Assembly (NCBI GenBank): GCA_052327205.1
Contig: CM126222.1
Coordinates: forward strand, 31,992,001-32,056,000
Reading direction: 5' to 3'
Source: Somniosus microcephalus
Taxonomy: Eukaryota
Length of the DNA: 64,000 nt
Part shown: positions 11,583 through 23,980 of the stretch, piece by piece
Layout: the number at the start of each line of letters is the position of its first letter
Numbering within the stretch: the first letter of the stretch is position 1
Notes under the pieces: generated by a model
What the model was told of the DNA's origin: nothing
Database searches by the model: none
The model's input: the letters and a program-made list of their open reading frames with translations, nothing else
Made by a program: the position numbers and the translations under genes

Positions 11583-13185
11583 ATCTCTGAGGTGCAAGGA
11601 ATGGAGAGCTGGGGGTAAAAAAATAATTGAAGTCTGAAAGTGAAAGCTGAAAGATGTGAAAAGAAACTGAAAGGACCAAACAGTGGTGAGCGGGTGAATG
11701 ATTGTCCAAACATTCAAATGTAAATTTGAAATTCTTGAAAAGTATTCACAACTTTGTTTACCGTTGAGCCCTTCACAGGACAGCAGATTGTTTTTAAAGG
11801 GACACTTCACGGAAAAAGGTGTTGGGGCAAATTTAACTGAAAATGAACGAGACCATGGAAATCATGTGAAATGTTGGCGTCGTGACAAAGTGTGTATGTC
11901 ACCCTAAACGACGAAACAATGCTTCACGAGAGCAGGGCTCCTTGCATTTGTTTTGTTATTTTTAGGCAATTGGAATGCTGCAGAAAACCTTCAAGTGTAA
12001 TCTTCCTCACTTATTCACGTGCTCTGGGTTAGCGACACTCGAGACGCGATTGTGCTGCACTTCTCTCGGCCGGCTTGATTTTTCAAAATGGTAAATCCTG
12101 TAAATCCTGCTGGAGCTGCAGCATTACATCCTGCTGCTGATAGCACAAGAACATGGCGTTCGTGATGTGGAGTAGAAGCTAATACCAGACGATAAGTTAC
12201 CAGTTCGTGCCATTAAACTATTCAGCTTTGCTGTGTCCTTGCGCTTTGCAGTTCTTTGATTTCTGGGAATATTACTGTCAGTTTGAGGATGTTGTCCACA
12301 TTTTAATGGGCTCTCCTCATTAAGATCAGTTCAAGCTGAACCTCCAAAATAACATCCGTCCACTTACCCAAGCAATTGGCCTTGCTTTAGTTTCCCTTAT
12401 ATTTAATTGAGGATCCCGTTTAAGAATATCATCAGTATTATTATTATTGCAGTAAAATTTATTTCTAAGCTTCTGATGATGTAACATAGCCTTAAACATA
12501 TAACATATATAACTGAGGTGGGGGAACTAATGTGTTTAAATACAGTCTATTCTACATAATTCAAAGTTATATTTTGCAGTAATAAATTTGAATTATCCAG
12601 TTGTTTGAATTAAGCAATGTTTATAACACAGCAAAGTGCGATGACAGTGCAAGATATTTGAGTTGTCAGATAATTTGAATTAAACAATTTTGAATTAAGA
12701 GGCATATTCAGAGTGTTTTACTGTGAGTCTTTAAAGCATCCTGGCATAACTGTGAAATATCTGAAGTTCATTTTACCTTTACTTCGGAAACAGCAATTTT
12801 AATGTTGTAACTCACTCATAACCAGCTGTGGTTCTATATTTACTTCAGGTTTACTTTTAATTGAGATTGGGATATATGTGAATCTAGGTTCAAAATCGGA
12901 ATAGACACGAGTAGGGCTACTTCGCCCAAGCTGTCAGGATTTAGCTGAAACCTTGAAAGAAATTTTGGGGAAGGGAAACTTACGATTGACAGTACAAGAA
13001 CGCTGGACTGGGTCCTGCCAGAACACAGGGAAGAGGATGTTTATGGGTGGACAACTGCGATTGTCCACAATTGTGGTTGTGTCAATGGTTAGAGACTGGT
13101 GGAACAGTCCATGGATGGATTGGTGAAAGACTGATGGGAATGCTGACAGGTGGGATGTGAAGTGAGGACAGGTGATGCAAACTAT

Positions 13186-13878
13186 GGCCTAGAAATTCAG
13201 TGGCCTGCGCCACCAGTTTGCGCCCAAAGAGGGCTTTTGCGCCACTGGCCACACCTACCGCGATATTTAGCGGGGCGCTAATGGCGGCGTTAGCCTGTAG
13301 CGCTGCGCCGCCACCGATGACGTCATCGGTGTGCGCAGCGCCCCGCTATCGCCCCGCTGTCCATATTTGCTCGCGGCCGCCTCCTCCGCGCCGGCCGCAA
13401 ACAGCAACCGGTACACAGGGGCCTACCTGTGGCGGTAGTGGGGCGAGTTAAGGTGGAGGTGCGGCCGGCCGCTTTTTCGGCGGCCGCCTGCCCGCGCCTC
13501 CGTCCCCGGCCTCCTACACCCCCCCCCCCCCGCGGCATTGCCGGCTGTTTCCTGAGAGCCCGGCACTTCTCCTTGGTGCCGGGCTCATTTGCCGGCACTC
13601 GCGAGCGGGGATCGCGCTGTTGCAGGCACCTCCCCCTTAACAGTGGGAGGAAGGCCTGCAGTACCGCAGCCTGCCGTGCCGCAGCGGGTGGCGCTGCGGC
13701 ACTTTGCGCGCCGATATTCAGTTTCAGCGCCCCAAGCGGGGCGCCGAAACCCTTGTTTAGCGGCCGGCTTCCACTTGGGGCGCTGAAACTGAATATCCCG
13801 ATGGCGCAAGTGGCTCTGCGCGCAGCGGTAATTCCGGCGCCCAGGCGAGCTGGGCGCCCAAAACTGAATTTTTAGCCC
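13186..13878. mobile_element. GC/CpG-rich Harbinger-type MITE
   Basis: TIRs ggcctagaaattcag / ctgaatttttagccc; 3-bp TSD tat/tat. Confidence 0.85.
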
Positions 13879-14077
13879 TATGTATTCGAACTGGCCATGA
13901 TTTGGAAAGCAATAGCTTGCAGACTGCCTGGTAGAACAGATAGCAGGGTGAAAAGAATTGGTACCATGTTTGAGTTTGACAGACTTGGGCTAATTTGGAT
14001 CAAGCGGAACACCAGATCTTGTGAAGATGTTCGAGATAATGACCTGGAATCATTTAAGAACCAATTGGATAAGGCAA

Positions 14078-14545
14078 CTTTTTTTTTATTCGCTTATAGG
14101 ATATGGGTGTCGCTGGCAAGGCCAGCATTTATTGCCCATCCCTAGTTGCCCTTGAGAAGGTGGTGGTGAGCCACCTTCTTGAACCGCTGCAGTCTGTGTG
14201 GTGAAGGTACTCCCACAGTGCTGTTAGGGAGGGAGTTCCAGGATTTTGACCCAGTGACAATGAAGGATCGGCGATATAATTCTAAGTCAGGGTGGTGTGT
14301 GACTTGGAAGTGAACTTGGAGGTGGTGGTGTTCCCATGTGCCTGTTGCCCTTGTCCTTCTAGGTGGAAGAAGTCACGGGTTTGGGAGGTGCTGCCGAAGA
14401 AGCCTTGGTGAATTGCTGCAGTGCATCTTGTAGATGGTACATACTGCAGCCACGGTACGCCGGTGGTGGAGGGAGTGAATGTTTAAGGTGGTGGATGGGG
14501 TGCCAATCAAACGGGCTGCTTTGTCCTGGATGGTGTCGAGCTTCG
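14078..14545 (-). mobile_element. 3' end of the CR1-group LINE family seen at 1277-5620
   Basis: Aligns by eye with 1290-1730. Confidence 0.8.
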
Positions 14546-14733
14546 AGGGGACTTATGGGCCATTCACGATGGATGAAGAGCCAAATGGCCTTCCTTATCC
14601 TTGATTATTTTGTCACTCAGAAAAACTGTTGAACATTTTCAGATCATGTGAATATAAACGTGGATACTAAAACGAACGTCAAACCTTATAGAAATTTAGT
14701 GATTATTCCCTTATATCTAATTCCCATAAACAG

Positions 14734-14994
14734 GTGGATGATCTGAAAGCTAAACTGGCTGCGCAGGAAGTTGAACTGAAACAGAAAAATGAAGATGCTG
14801 ACAAGCTGATTCAAGTAGTTGGAGTTGAAACAGAGAAAGTAAGCAAAGAAAAAGTCATTGCAGATGGGGAAGAACAGAAGGTGGCTCTCATTGCTGATGA
14901 AGTTACCCGAACACAGAGAGACTGTGAGGAGGATTTAACAAAGGCTGAGCCTGCCCTTGCTGCAGCTCAGGAAGCCCTCAACACTCTGAATAAG
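14734..14994 (+). CDS. DNAH9: Axonemal dynein heavy chain exon (stalk coiled coil; [27 protein letters not shown]...LNTLNK)
   Basis: cag|GTG acceptor, AAG|gtaaga donor, 261 bp phase 0-0; peptide closely matches recalled vertebrate DNAH9 (paralogues DNAH17/DNAH11 are not excluded). Confidence 0.92.
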
Positions 14995-15189
14995 GTAAGA
15001 GTTTAAATGAATTCAAAAGAAAAATAACAATTTGCAATTACTTAGTGCTTTGAATGTAGAAAAACATCCCCAAAGCACTTCACAGAGTCGTAAGGAAGAA
15101 AATGAACGCCAAACATTAGGAGTGTTGACCAATGACGTGCGTGAGCCTAGGCAATTACTGACAAGTGACTACTTGACCATGGAGACATT

Positions 15190-16031
15190 GGGGTCGATTT
15201 TGTCGAACCTGTCGGGAAGAAGGCGGGACTTCCCCTTTCGGGTTTCTGACCCGCCTCCTTCGACGTCCGGCCAATCCGCGCGATTTTCCCTTGATTGACC
15301 TTGTTGAGCCCGCCCAGCGGGCTCAGCAGGCCAATTAAGGGCCACCCGGCAACAGGTGACATCACAGACTAAAATTTCATCTGTCAAGATTTCTGACAGA
15401 TGAAATATCAGTGTTTTACAGCTGTTTGAAGCTGTGAAACACTGACAGTCTGATTTCTAAGATGAGTCCTACTGTGCAGACTCATTTAGAAATCTCAGCA
15501 GCGCTAAAAGCTGAAGGCTGTCACTTTTGACAGATCGCAGCAGTTCAGCTTTCAGTTCCGGCTGAGTGCTGCGCTCCCGACGGCTACAGGAAGAAAGGCT
15601 GTTAAGGTAAGTGAAGGTAAGTAAAAGTTCTTTACACACTTTAGACACACCAAACACACTTATCTTTACACTCATGCACCCATCACTCACTTGAGCGCCG
15701 ACAGCGCGACCCCTCCAACTCACTCAACCCGACGGCCCACTGCTCTAACCTGGCGTGGTTTGGAGCCGTCGGGAAACCCACACGAAACCCCTCAAAATAG
15801 GGATTAGGCTAAAAACTGCCTGTTAACTACCTGTTAACAGGCAGTTAATTGGCACTAATCCCTTCCCGCCTGGTTTCGGCGGGTCCCAGTGCGGGGCAGG
15901 TACCCGCTGCCCCTGAAACTTACGTGGGGTGGGGTTTTGGGCGGGATGGTGTCGGGACCCCCAAAGTCGGGATTTCACCCCCCCCCCACACGCCTGCAAC
16001 CCCGCCTGACGGCTCCCCGAAAATCTAGCCC
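15190..16031. mobile_element. Harbinger-type non-autonomous element
   Basis: TIRs ggggtcgatttt / aaaatctagccc; TSD att/att; homologous to 7713-8543. Confidence 0.85.
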
Positions 16032-17005
16032 ATTATTATTGAACGCAATCTGAATTCCCCTCTCCCTGAGACCAGTTGAAAATCCCCAACCATTGCCCAG
16101 TGTCTTGGCCAACAACAGTTGAAAACAGATTACCTGATTATTCACTCTTTTGCTGTTTGTGGTACTTTACTGTGTGAAAATTGACTGACCTGTTTGTGCA
16201 TGTAACAGCAGTGATAGCTCTTTAAAAAATAATCCATTGGTTGTAAAGCTCTTTGGGAGATGCTAAGAACATCATAAGTCACTATATAAATACAAATTCT
16301 TTATTTCTTTCTAACGGGTACAGACCAACATTTTATGTAATCCACTATGTGAGTACAGTGTTGATGGAGAGATATTATGACTACAGTTTTGTCTCTCCAT
16401 GCTGTAGCATAAAGATTACACTAGGAATGGTTATTTTGTTCTTTATTCTTCTGTACAACATGCACATTATATGATAATACACCTTGCGACACTTTCCAGC
16501 ATCTACACCATTCAACATGTCCTACACCAAGAATTGAGGAATATTACAGTTTCTCCCGTAGGCCTTTCCCAATTTATCGTATTTTAATTTCTCTTGAAGT
16601 AGGGTATAAATCCTCTTACACTGAGTTAAATATTGTAACAGTAAATTGTGTGTTTCAATCGCTGATGTGCTGGAAATTTGATTTATTTTGATGCACTTAG
16701 GAAGATAAAATGCAGCCTTTTGTCTTGGCAGGGCGATAATTATCGAAGTTAACATCTTGTTTGGATGTTTCTTCAGCCGATGTTAAATCAATTGAATTCG
16801 ATTTACAGCCCCGAGTGATTTCATTGACAATTCATGCTATGGGAAGAAGAATAGGCGGGTTTCATCTTAAATAGCCGTGGGAAAAGATCTGTGCTGTTCG
16901 TAAACAATATAGAATGCGTGATAGCTCTGCGGAGTGAGCACCCAGACGCAGCCAATCTCAGAAGATGTTGAAATCGCTGACGTGCAAGGACATACTGTGT
17001 TGTAA

Positions 17006-17227
17006 TAACAACAAAAAATGCTGGAAACACTCAGCAGGTCAGGCAGCATCCGCAGAGAGAGAAAAACAGTGTTAACGTTTCAGGTTTGAGATCCTTCGTC
17101 AGAACTCGGACCTGAAACGTTAACTCTGTTTTTGCTCTTTCCGCGGATGCTGCCCGACCTGCTGAGTGTTTCCAGCATTGTCTGTTGTTATTTCAGATTT
17201 CCAGCATCCGCAGTATTGTGCTGTTGT
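17006..17227. mobile_element. Penelope-like mini-insertion (inverted ends plus tail) with hammerhead motif on - strand at 17070-17106
   Basis: Duplication atactgtgttgtaa (16992-17005/17228-17241); ~80-bp inverted arms; minus strand agtt CTGACGA AGG..CCT GAAA cg TT aac. Confidence 0.8.
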
Positions 17228-18163
17228 ATACTGTGTTGTAAGCCTCCTTTTCAATGAAAATGACTGACGAATGCCCCCAAGGGAACTCTTTTTTATAGGA
17301 CAATGGAAGTATAAAACATCAAAGACAAGGTGGCGCATCAGCTCGCCAACTTCTTCAGTGGTAATTTTCCTTAAAAAAATGTTGTTACTCTACATCCCTC
17401 TAATGATGGGCAGTAGAAATCTATACACACACACACACGACCCCATGTTTTGGTGTAAATGTGTGATCTTAAGCACGATAGGATATTACAGAATTGTTCA
17501 GAACCATGATGTTTTAGATTGCAGTGAATGGGAGCGATTAAAAAAAAAACTAAACCAAATTTAATTTCAGGGTAATTAGGTGTTAGCTGCTCTTTTGGAA
17601 AGAATGTAGATGGTCCAAGGGCGAGTCAGAAATTGATTTTTATTATTCATTGGCAAGATGTTGTGGCAGAAATGTGTCTGATTAAAATAACAGAATATCT
17701 TTTTACTCCAAATTTCCCACATTTGACATCATTGCTTAATTTGCATTTCCACAGCCTTTCTTGTTAGGCCCTAATTTTCTTGTTCGGCCCCAGTGTTCAT
17801 GTAAAATGGGTTTACTTAATTAGAAAAGGTTTCAGAAGCACTAAACTAGGTCAGTTATACAGGGATTGTCACAAGTTTGCTGATCATTTGTTTCTGATTC
17901 CCTTAATCTTGTTAGAATCAGCTGCCATTGGACACAGTGGGTACTCAGCGACTTCACAGCTAACAAGCCATTCGAGGTTTGTGTTACCACTAGGGGGTTT
18001 CATTGCATTACATTTGATGACTCATGCTATATAAAATTCAGACTATAGCTCCAGTCTTCAAAGCAACCCATTCAGATTGATAACTCAACAACCTGACTCT
18101 ATTAATGCTTGAGTGCAAAGAAAAATCCATTCAGTTTCACTCGCAGCTTTGTTTTCCCTCCAG

Positions 18164-18589
18164 AACAACCTGACAGAATTGAAGTCCTTTGGTACACCTC
18201 CCTCGGCAGTGAGTAATGTCACAGCTGCCGTGTTGGTGCTCACAGCGGTTGGAGGCAAGATACCCAAAGACCGCAGCTGGAAGTCGGCAAAGGTCATGAT
18301 GGCAAAGGTAGACGGGTTCCTCGATTCCCTGATCAACTTCAATAAGGAGAACATCCACGAGAACTGTCTCAAAGCTATTCAGCCATACATGCATGACCCT
18401 GAATTCAACCCAGAGTTTATTGCATCCAAGTCTCTTGCTGCCGCTGGCCTTTGCTCCTGGGTTGTCAACATTGTGAATTTTTATGAAGTCTATTGTGATG
18501 TCGAGCCTAAGCGGCAAGCTTTGAGCAAAGCCAATGCAGAATTAGCTGCTGCCCAGGAAAAATTGACAATTATCAAAGCCAAGATAACT
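18164..18589 (+). CDS. DNAH9: Axonemal dynein heavy chain exon (microtubule-binding domain; [13 protein letters not shown]...KAKIT)
   Basis: Pyrimidine tract + cag|AAC acceptor, ACT|gtaagt donor, 426 bp in frame; PKDRSWK and AAGLCSWV motifs. Confidence 0.92.
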
Positions 18590-19373
18590 GTAAGTATCAA
18601 GAAATAGCGTCATTTGCATTTGTCACAGTGCCCTGTATGTTTTCCCTGATGTACGCAGACTGCAGTAGTGCATTCCTAGTCAAAGGTACCTCATTAATAT
18701 GGAAGATTCATATGGATGTTATGTAAAACTATTGAACGCACAGTTCTAACCATTAATGGAGGCCACTTGAAGATCTCCACATCGTAGGAAGATTGTACGA
18801 GATACCTTGCACATATCTTTCAAAATGAGCACTTTCTGTACTACAGTATTGATGCAATATTGAAGGTCCTCTGTAAAGTGTTAAGTTTTGAAATACATGA
18901 AACATTTTAACTTCAGCACTTTAATCACCCAGCAAATGATGTCATCTTTCTTGGCAAAAAGCCTACATGGCAAAAAACATAATAAAATGTAATGACATCT
19001 TAACACAGAATCATACAGCACAGAAAGAGACCATTCAGCTCATTGTGCCTGTGCTGGTATTGTTAATTATATCTGTAATTGCTTTAAAAGGGAAATGGGG
19101 AGGGGAGACAACTATGACCTTTGATACAGGCCAAGTCATAGGGCTGAAAATGTTATTTGGACTCATTCAATTACTGAACTCAAAATGTAATTGGACAAAA
19201 TAATCTAAATGTTATCCATGAAAGATGTTTAGCAAGCTGCAGTTTAGTTTCCCAGAAATGTAAGGAAAGATTGAGGCAAAAAAATAATAATAAGCTGCTT
19301 CTTTTCTAGCGGTGCGCTGCTGTTATGTATTGATCTGATATTGATTGACATCTGTTTTCTTGTTCTTTAATAG

Positions 19374-19493
19374 CAACTGAATGAAAATTTAGCTAAACTA
19401 ACAGCGAAATTTGAACAGGCCACAGCAGATAAACTGAAATGCCAACAAGAAGCTGAATCGACTGCACGGACCATCTCCCTTGCCAATCGACTG
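19374..19493 (+). CDS. DNAH9: Axonemal dynein heavy chain exon ([40 protein letters not shown])
   Basis: Not in ORF track; translated by hand; tag|CAA acceptor, CTG|gtgagt donor, 120 bp, continues the previous exon. Confidence 0.92.
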
Positions 19494-19825
19494 GTGAGTT
19501 TCAGTGTCCCGCAGACATTTCTCTAATCACTGGATGTAGTTGGCGGAGCATTAACCATAGCTGGTGCTGGACAACATTGACAGAATGTGTTCATATTGCA
19601 ACATTAACACTACTGTCATACTACAAGTACCCATTTCACACATGTACCTGCTCCAGCCCGCACCACAATCTACCCAGTCAAAGCAGAGCTCTGTGAATGC
19701 CTAATGATACATATGAGCAGAGTTCTGCTAACTGGTGTCTGAACGCTGGTGAAATCTTCAGTGTTAGTAAAAACATTCACACAGCATTACCAAAGAAACT
19801 CTAACAAATGACCGGCACATGACCT

Positions 19826-20126
19826 GGGACCGTTTTAAAGTTTAAAAGCACACTTTCCCGATTTTAACTCCAGATGGATTCCTCGCTCAAGCCCGAGTTA
19901 AAATTAGTGTCGGGTCTCAATAATGTCAATTTTACCACCACGTGCATATGTAAAGAAGGACGCTGTTGGCTCCGGGCCCGTGTCCTTGCTGCCTGCTCAG
20001 GAGAGCAAGTTAAAATTGCAGATGTTGCGATCATTGCATGGCGGCTTTTGGACATTTAAGAGCCAGGGCAATTTTAACCGCCCACCCGCCAGGTTTCTGC
20101 TGAGCGAGTAGGATTAAAATTCCCCC
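19826..20126. mobile_element. Small MITE-like element sharing a terminus with the element at 40424
   Basis: ggattaaaattcccccc is the reverse complement of gggggaattttaatcc at 40425; left boundary uncertain. Confidence 0.45.
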
Positions 20127-20919
20127 CTTTTTGTGTCTGTTGCAATAATACTAAAGATGATCTGAAGATGAAGTGGTGTGAGACAATGCACTCACAGCAT
20201 TTCTGAAGTATAACTGGCACATACTCCGATGATTCATCCATATTAGCTTTCTGATTTAAAGTTTCAGACTCTGTAAAGCGATGAGTCAGATATAAACAAC
20301 CTGATGAAAATATCAGTAACATTTCCTGTTGTTATTTTGCAGGCGTTTTCAGGATTTTTTTAAAAATTGGATTTTTTTTTTTTTTGCTTTAACAGTTTCA
20401 TTGCTATTCTCATCAACGAAGAAACTGCAGGAAGAAAATAGTTATTAGGACTAACGAGTTGGGTGCCAATTTTTAGAATAGTCAGTAAAGTGAGTGGAAA
20501 ATGTCAGTTGTAGTATTGAGCAGGGATGTTATAATCACACCAACATTTTCACGCACATTAGAGACTGGAGGAAAATGTCTCTTCATGCCCTTAATCAAGG
20601 TAAGCATTGGTAATGGCTACAATCAGCAATTGCCTCGAAAGCAATGATCACCAATACTTTTCTGAATCTTGTCCAAGCCTATGAGCAGAGTTATTTTAAA
20701 TTTGGTCAATGCAACCACAGCTCACTTCAATAATACAACCTTAGCAGTGGAACAAATGCAGAAGTCGGTGAGCTGTATTTAGAAGTAGAATTAGACCACT
20801 GGCTGAATCGGTTAGTTGTGCCCTGCATAATAGTTTCTTATAAGAATAGGTCTCATCTGTGTAACTATTGTTATCTGGGAAAAAAATGTGTAATGAAAAT
20901 ATCCCAGCAAATAACTACA

Positions 20920-21990
20920 ACTTGCATTTGACTAGCACCTTCAATCTAATAAACATCTGAAGGCCAATCATAAAGCATGGACATTAATCAGTAATCGAGG
21001 AGTTAAGAGATGATCACAGAATCACAGAATCACAGAAACCCCACAGTGCAGATAGAGGCCATTTCGGCCCATCGAGCCTGCACCGACACATATCCCACCC
21101 GATCCCCGTAACCCCTACACCAACACATATCCCACCCTATCATTGGATCAAAAGTATGGTTAAAAACAAAAGTTTTGAGGAGGCTTTAAATGCAATGAGG
21201 GGGTTAGGAAGGGAGACCCAGGGAGTAGGGCTGAGTCATAGGAAAGAAAGTAGAGGATGGGGGAGGGGGGTACGTCGGCAATGCACAGCAGGCTAAGCTC
21301 AGAAGGCCAAACAGCACAGGCTAGGATGTACAGCTGGAGGATGTTGCAGAAGTAGGGTGGGACAAAGCCATGGAGAGACCTGTAAACACGGAAAAGAATG
21401 TTGAATTGCAGGGTAGCAAACCAGAAGCTTGAGAAGTTGGTGAGGAGTGTGTCAGTGAGGTTGAGTCTTGAGCTGATGAAGGTGTGGTTTAGAGTTCAGC
21501 AATGGTGAGGTGATTTAAGGACAAAGGTGGGCAGAGCTAGAAGTAAGAGGTCTTTGTAATGAAGTTTCAAGCTCAGTTCAGGGCCAGCAGGTTGTGTACG
21601 ATTGGTTAAGCCTGAGCAAGTAGCTGGGGAGGTGGGTAGAGTTGGGGAGAAAAGGTAGAGGTTTGGCACAAGCTGATTGGCATTGGTTGTTCAATATTCA
21701 ATGAGATACATTTCTGGCTCATCCATTCTTTAATGCCAAAAAGCAATTGCACAAAACAGAGCGGATTGTGGAATCGAAGTTGGTGGTGGGAGATGGTTGT
21801 TATCAGTACACACAAAACTGAATCCATGCCTTTGGGCAATATAAGTAAAAGAAAGGGCCAAAGATGGAACTTTGAGATACCCTGGAGGTGGCCATATGGA
21901 GGGCAGCAGTAGAAGCAACTCCTGGAGATGTGCTAGCTACATTGGGTAGGTGGGTGTGTAACCAAGCAAAGGATAACCATATATAATGAC
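20920..21990 (-). mobile_element. Old L2-like LINE remnant with a short HE1/CR1-tail insertion (~21010-21145)
   Basis: L2-type tail acaacttgcattt; minus-strand GIKEWMSQKCISLNI; (cacagaat)3 tail repeat. Confidence 0.5.
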
Positions 21991-22352
21991 CTGCATCTCA
22001 GTCCCAGATTATATGCTTAAACTGAGTTTACTGACTCAGTTATGGCATTGAATTAATTGGGACAAACTTTGATTTGACAAGACTAACAAATAGAAGCTGA
22101 GACAAATTGCGGTTAGACGTACGTATGGCGTTGTGGCAAATTTTCATTTTCTCTTGTGATCCAAAATCTTACATATGACATTTAATAGGTTGCATTGCCC
22201 ATCATTAACCTCCACCTTTTATCTACATGTTTTCAAGCTAAAGATACACCTTCACCCCTTTAAAATAAAATGATAAATAATTATGATGAACTTGCTCCTT
22301 TTGTATTGGTCAGTTATGTGCAAATACTGATTGGAATACTGAAAGACTTATT

Positions 22353-23980
22353 GGCCTAGAAATTCGGTTGGTAGCGCCAGTGATTAGCGCCGAAAGAGCC
22401 CGAGAATTGGGGCGTTACCCAATTTTCGGGCGGGCGCTGTGAATATAGCGCCACCTCCCATATTGAGTATGATTTTAGCGCCGGCGCTAACTCTTTGCGC
22501 GCGCCCATGGGCGCAGGCAGATCATGACATCATTTCAGTGTGCAACGCCATTTTTGCACCCCGGACCGGATATTTGGTGGCGCCCGCAACCTTTCCACCT
22601 GGCGCTATTAGTGACAGTTGGATGGAGCGTTCCCAGGCCCTTCTTGGACTCAGGGGGCGCTATTTAAAGGGGACAGCAGTAGTATAAAAGCTGCAGCCAT
22701 TTGGGCTGGCCATCCTGATCGTTGCTGGAGAGAGTTGCTGACCTTCTGTTGGACAGTAATTTTCTCATTGAGCCTTCGGAGGCACTGGCACTGGCAGCTT
22801 GAGGGCCCGGCTCCCGAGCTGGTGATGCAGCATCTGAAAGCAGGGAGGTGGAGAGTGGCTTTAGCAAAAGGACAGGTTCGCAGCAAGGGATGCCAGAGTG
22901 TGGCAAGGCTGTGACATGGGTCCACAGTGAGAAAGCATACTGGCGGGGGGAACAAGTAGAAGGAGACAGTTGTAAGAGGTGAGAACCTTACCATCGCTGT
23001 CGACAATGGGGTCGGTAGCTGCAGTGGTTACAGGACCACTCAGATGTCCTCCAAGAATCTGGTGGACTCTCTCCTCGAGATCCGTGAGAGTGACCACTTG
23101 TGGAGGTCCTCCACCGGTGCGAAGCTGGTCTTTGCCAATCCTCGCCATCATGGACTGCAGGGGAAAGGAGGGGAAGTTATGTTACCTGATGCCCTGAGTG
23201 ATCATCTCATGCCCCCCATGGTGCAAGAGTCCTTACATGACGCCATGAGTCAAATGTGCATGTGTGTGCCCAGAAAGGGCCATGGGTGCTTGCTGGCAGA
23301 TGGCCAATGGGGCACAGGCCACCCTGTAGCCATAAAGTCAGGTGCAAATGAAGGGATGCAGAAGTTTGCAGGAACAACACCCACCCTCACGACCCGAGTG
23401 AGGTCGTTGAATTTCTTTCTGCATTGGACAGGGCTTCTGGTCACCATGCTGCTGGAGTTGACACTCTGGCATACATCCCTCCAAGCTTGTCGGTAGTCCT
23501 TATGATTCGGCCTCCTGCCATTGTCTGGGTAGAGAACATCTCGCCGGGGCTCCACTGCGGCCACCAATTGCTCCAGAGCCTCATTGATGAAGCACTCTGC
23601 TCTCTGTCTCACCTTCTCCATCTGGTCCAAGTTTTTATCGCCAGAGAAGGGCCTGCGCCGATTTTGAGGCCTGCAAGGCGCAGAGTGTGGATGCTGAAGC
23701 TGACTGACCCACCCCTTTAAGAGCTAGCCGGCGCCTGGAAGCCTCGTGGTCATCGGTAATTGAGAGTACCTGCGCTGAGCCCGTCTGCTCCGATATTGGA
23801 TTGCGCCGGAAGTTTAGCGCCTTAGGAGTCCCGTGTAACGCCTGAATTCGCGCCTCAATCGCCTTTAGGGGGCGATGCATCCCAATATCGTGCCAGGCGG
23901 CGATAAGTTTTGTCTGGCTATAAACTTTGTGCAGCGCCAGTTCTAATGCCTCAAGCCGGGCTATACCCAATTTCTAGGCC
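22353..23980 (-). mobile_element. PIF/Harbinger deletion derivative retaining the Myb/SANT-like gene 5' part
   Basis: TIRs ggcctagaaatt / aatttctaggcc, TSD att/att; internal Myb-like exons. Confidence 0.9.
22992..23630 (-). pseudogene. Harbinger Myb/SANT-like DNA-binding protein, two exons (23630-23385, 23154-22992), truncated
   Basis: F..EALEQLV...AWRDVCQSVN...RSPVQCRKKFNDL trihelix motif; AGG|gtgggt...ctgcag|TCC phase-0 intron; exon 2 has RTGGGPP motif and G|gtaagg donor. Confidence 0.8.

Noticed and set aside
13186-13878. CpG island suggesting a promoter
   Set aside because: Bounded by Harbinger TIRs and a TSD; CpG richness is intrinsic to the MITE
1-14733. Preceding dynein exon (ERLENGL-type peptide)
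   Set aside because: Not found by eye; probably upstream of the window
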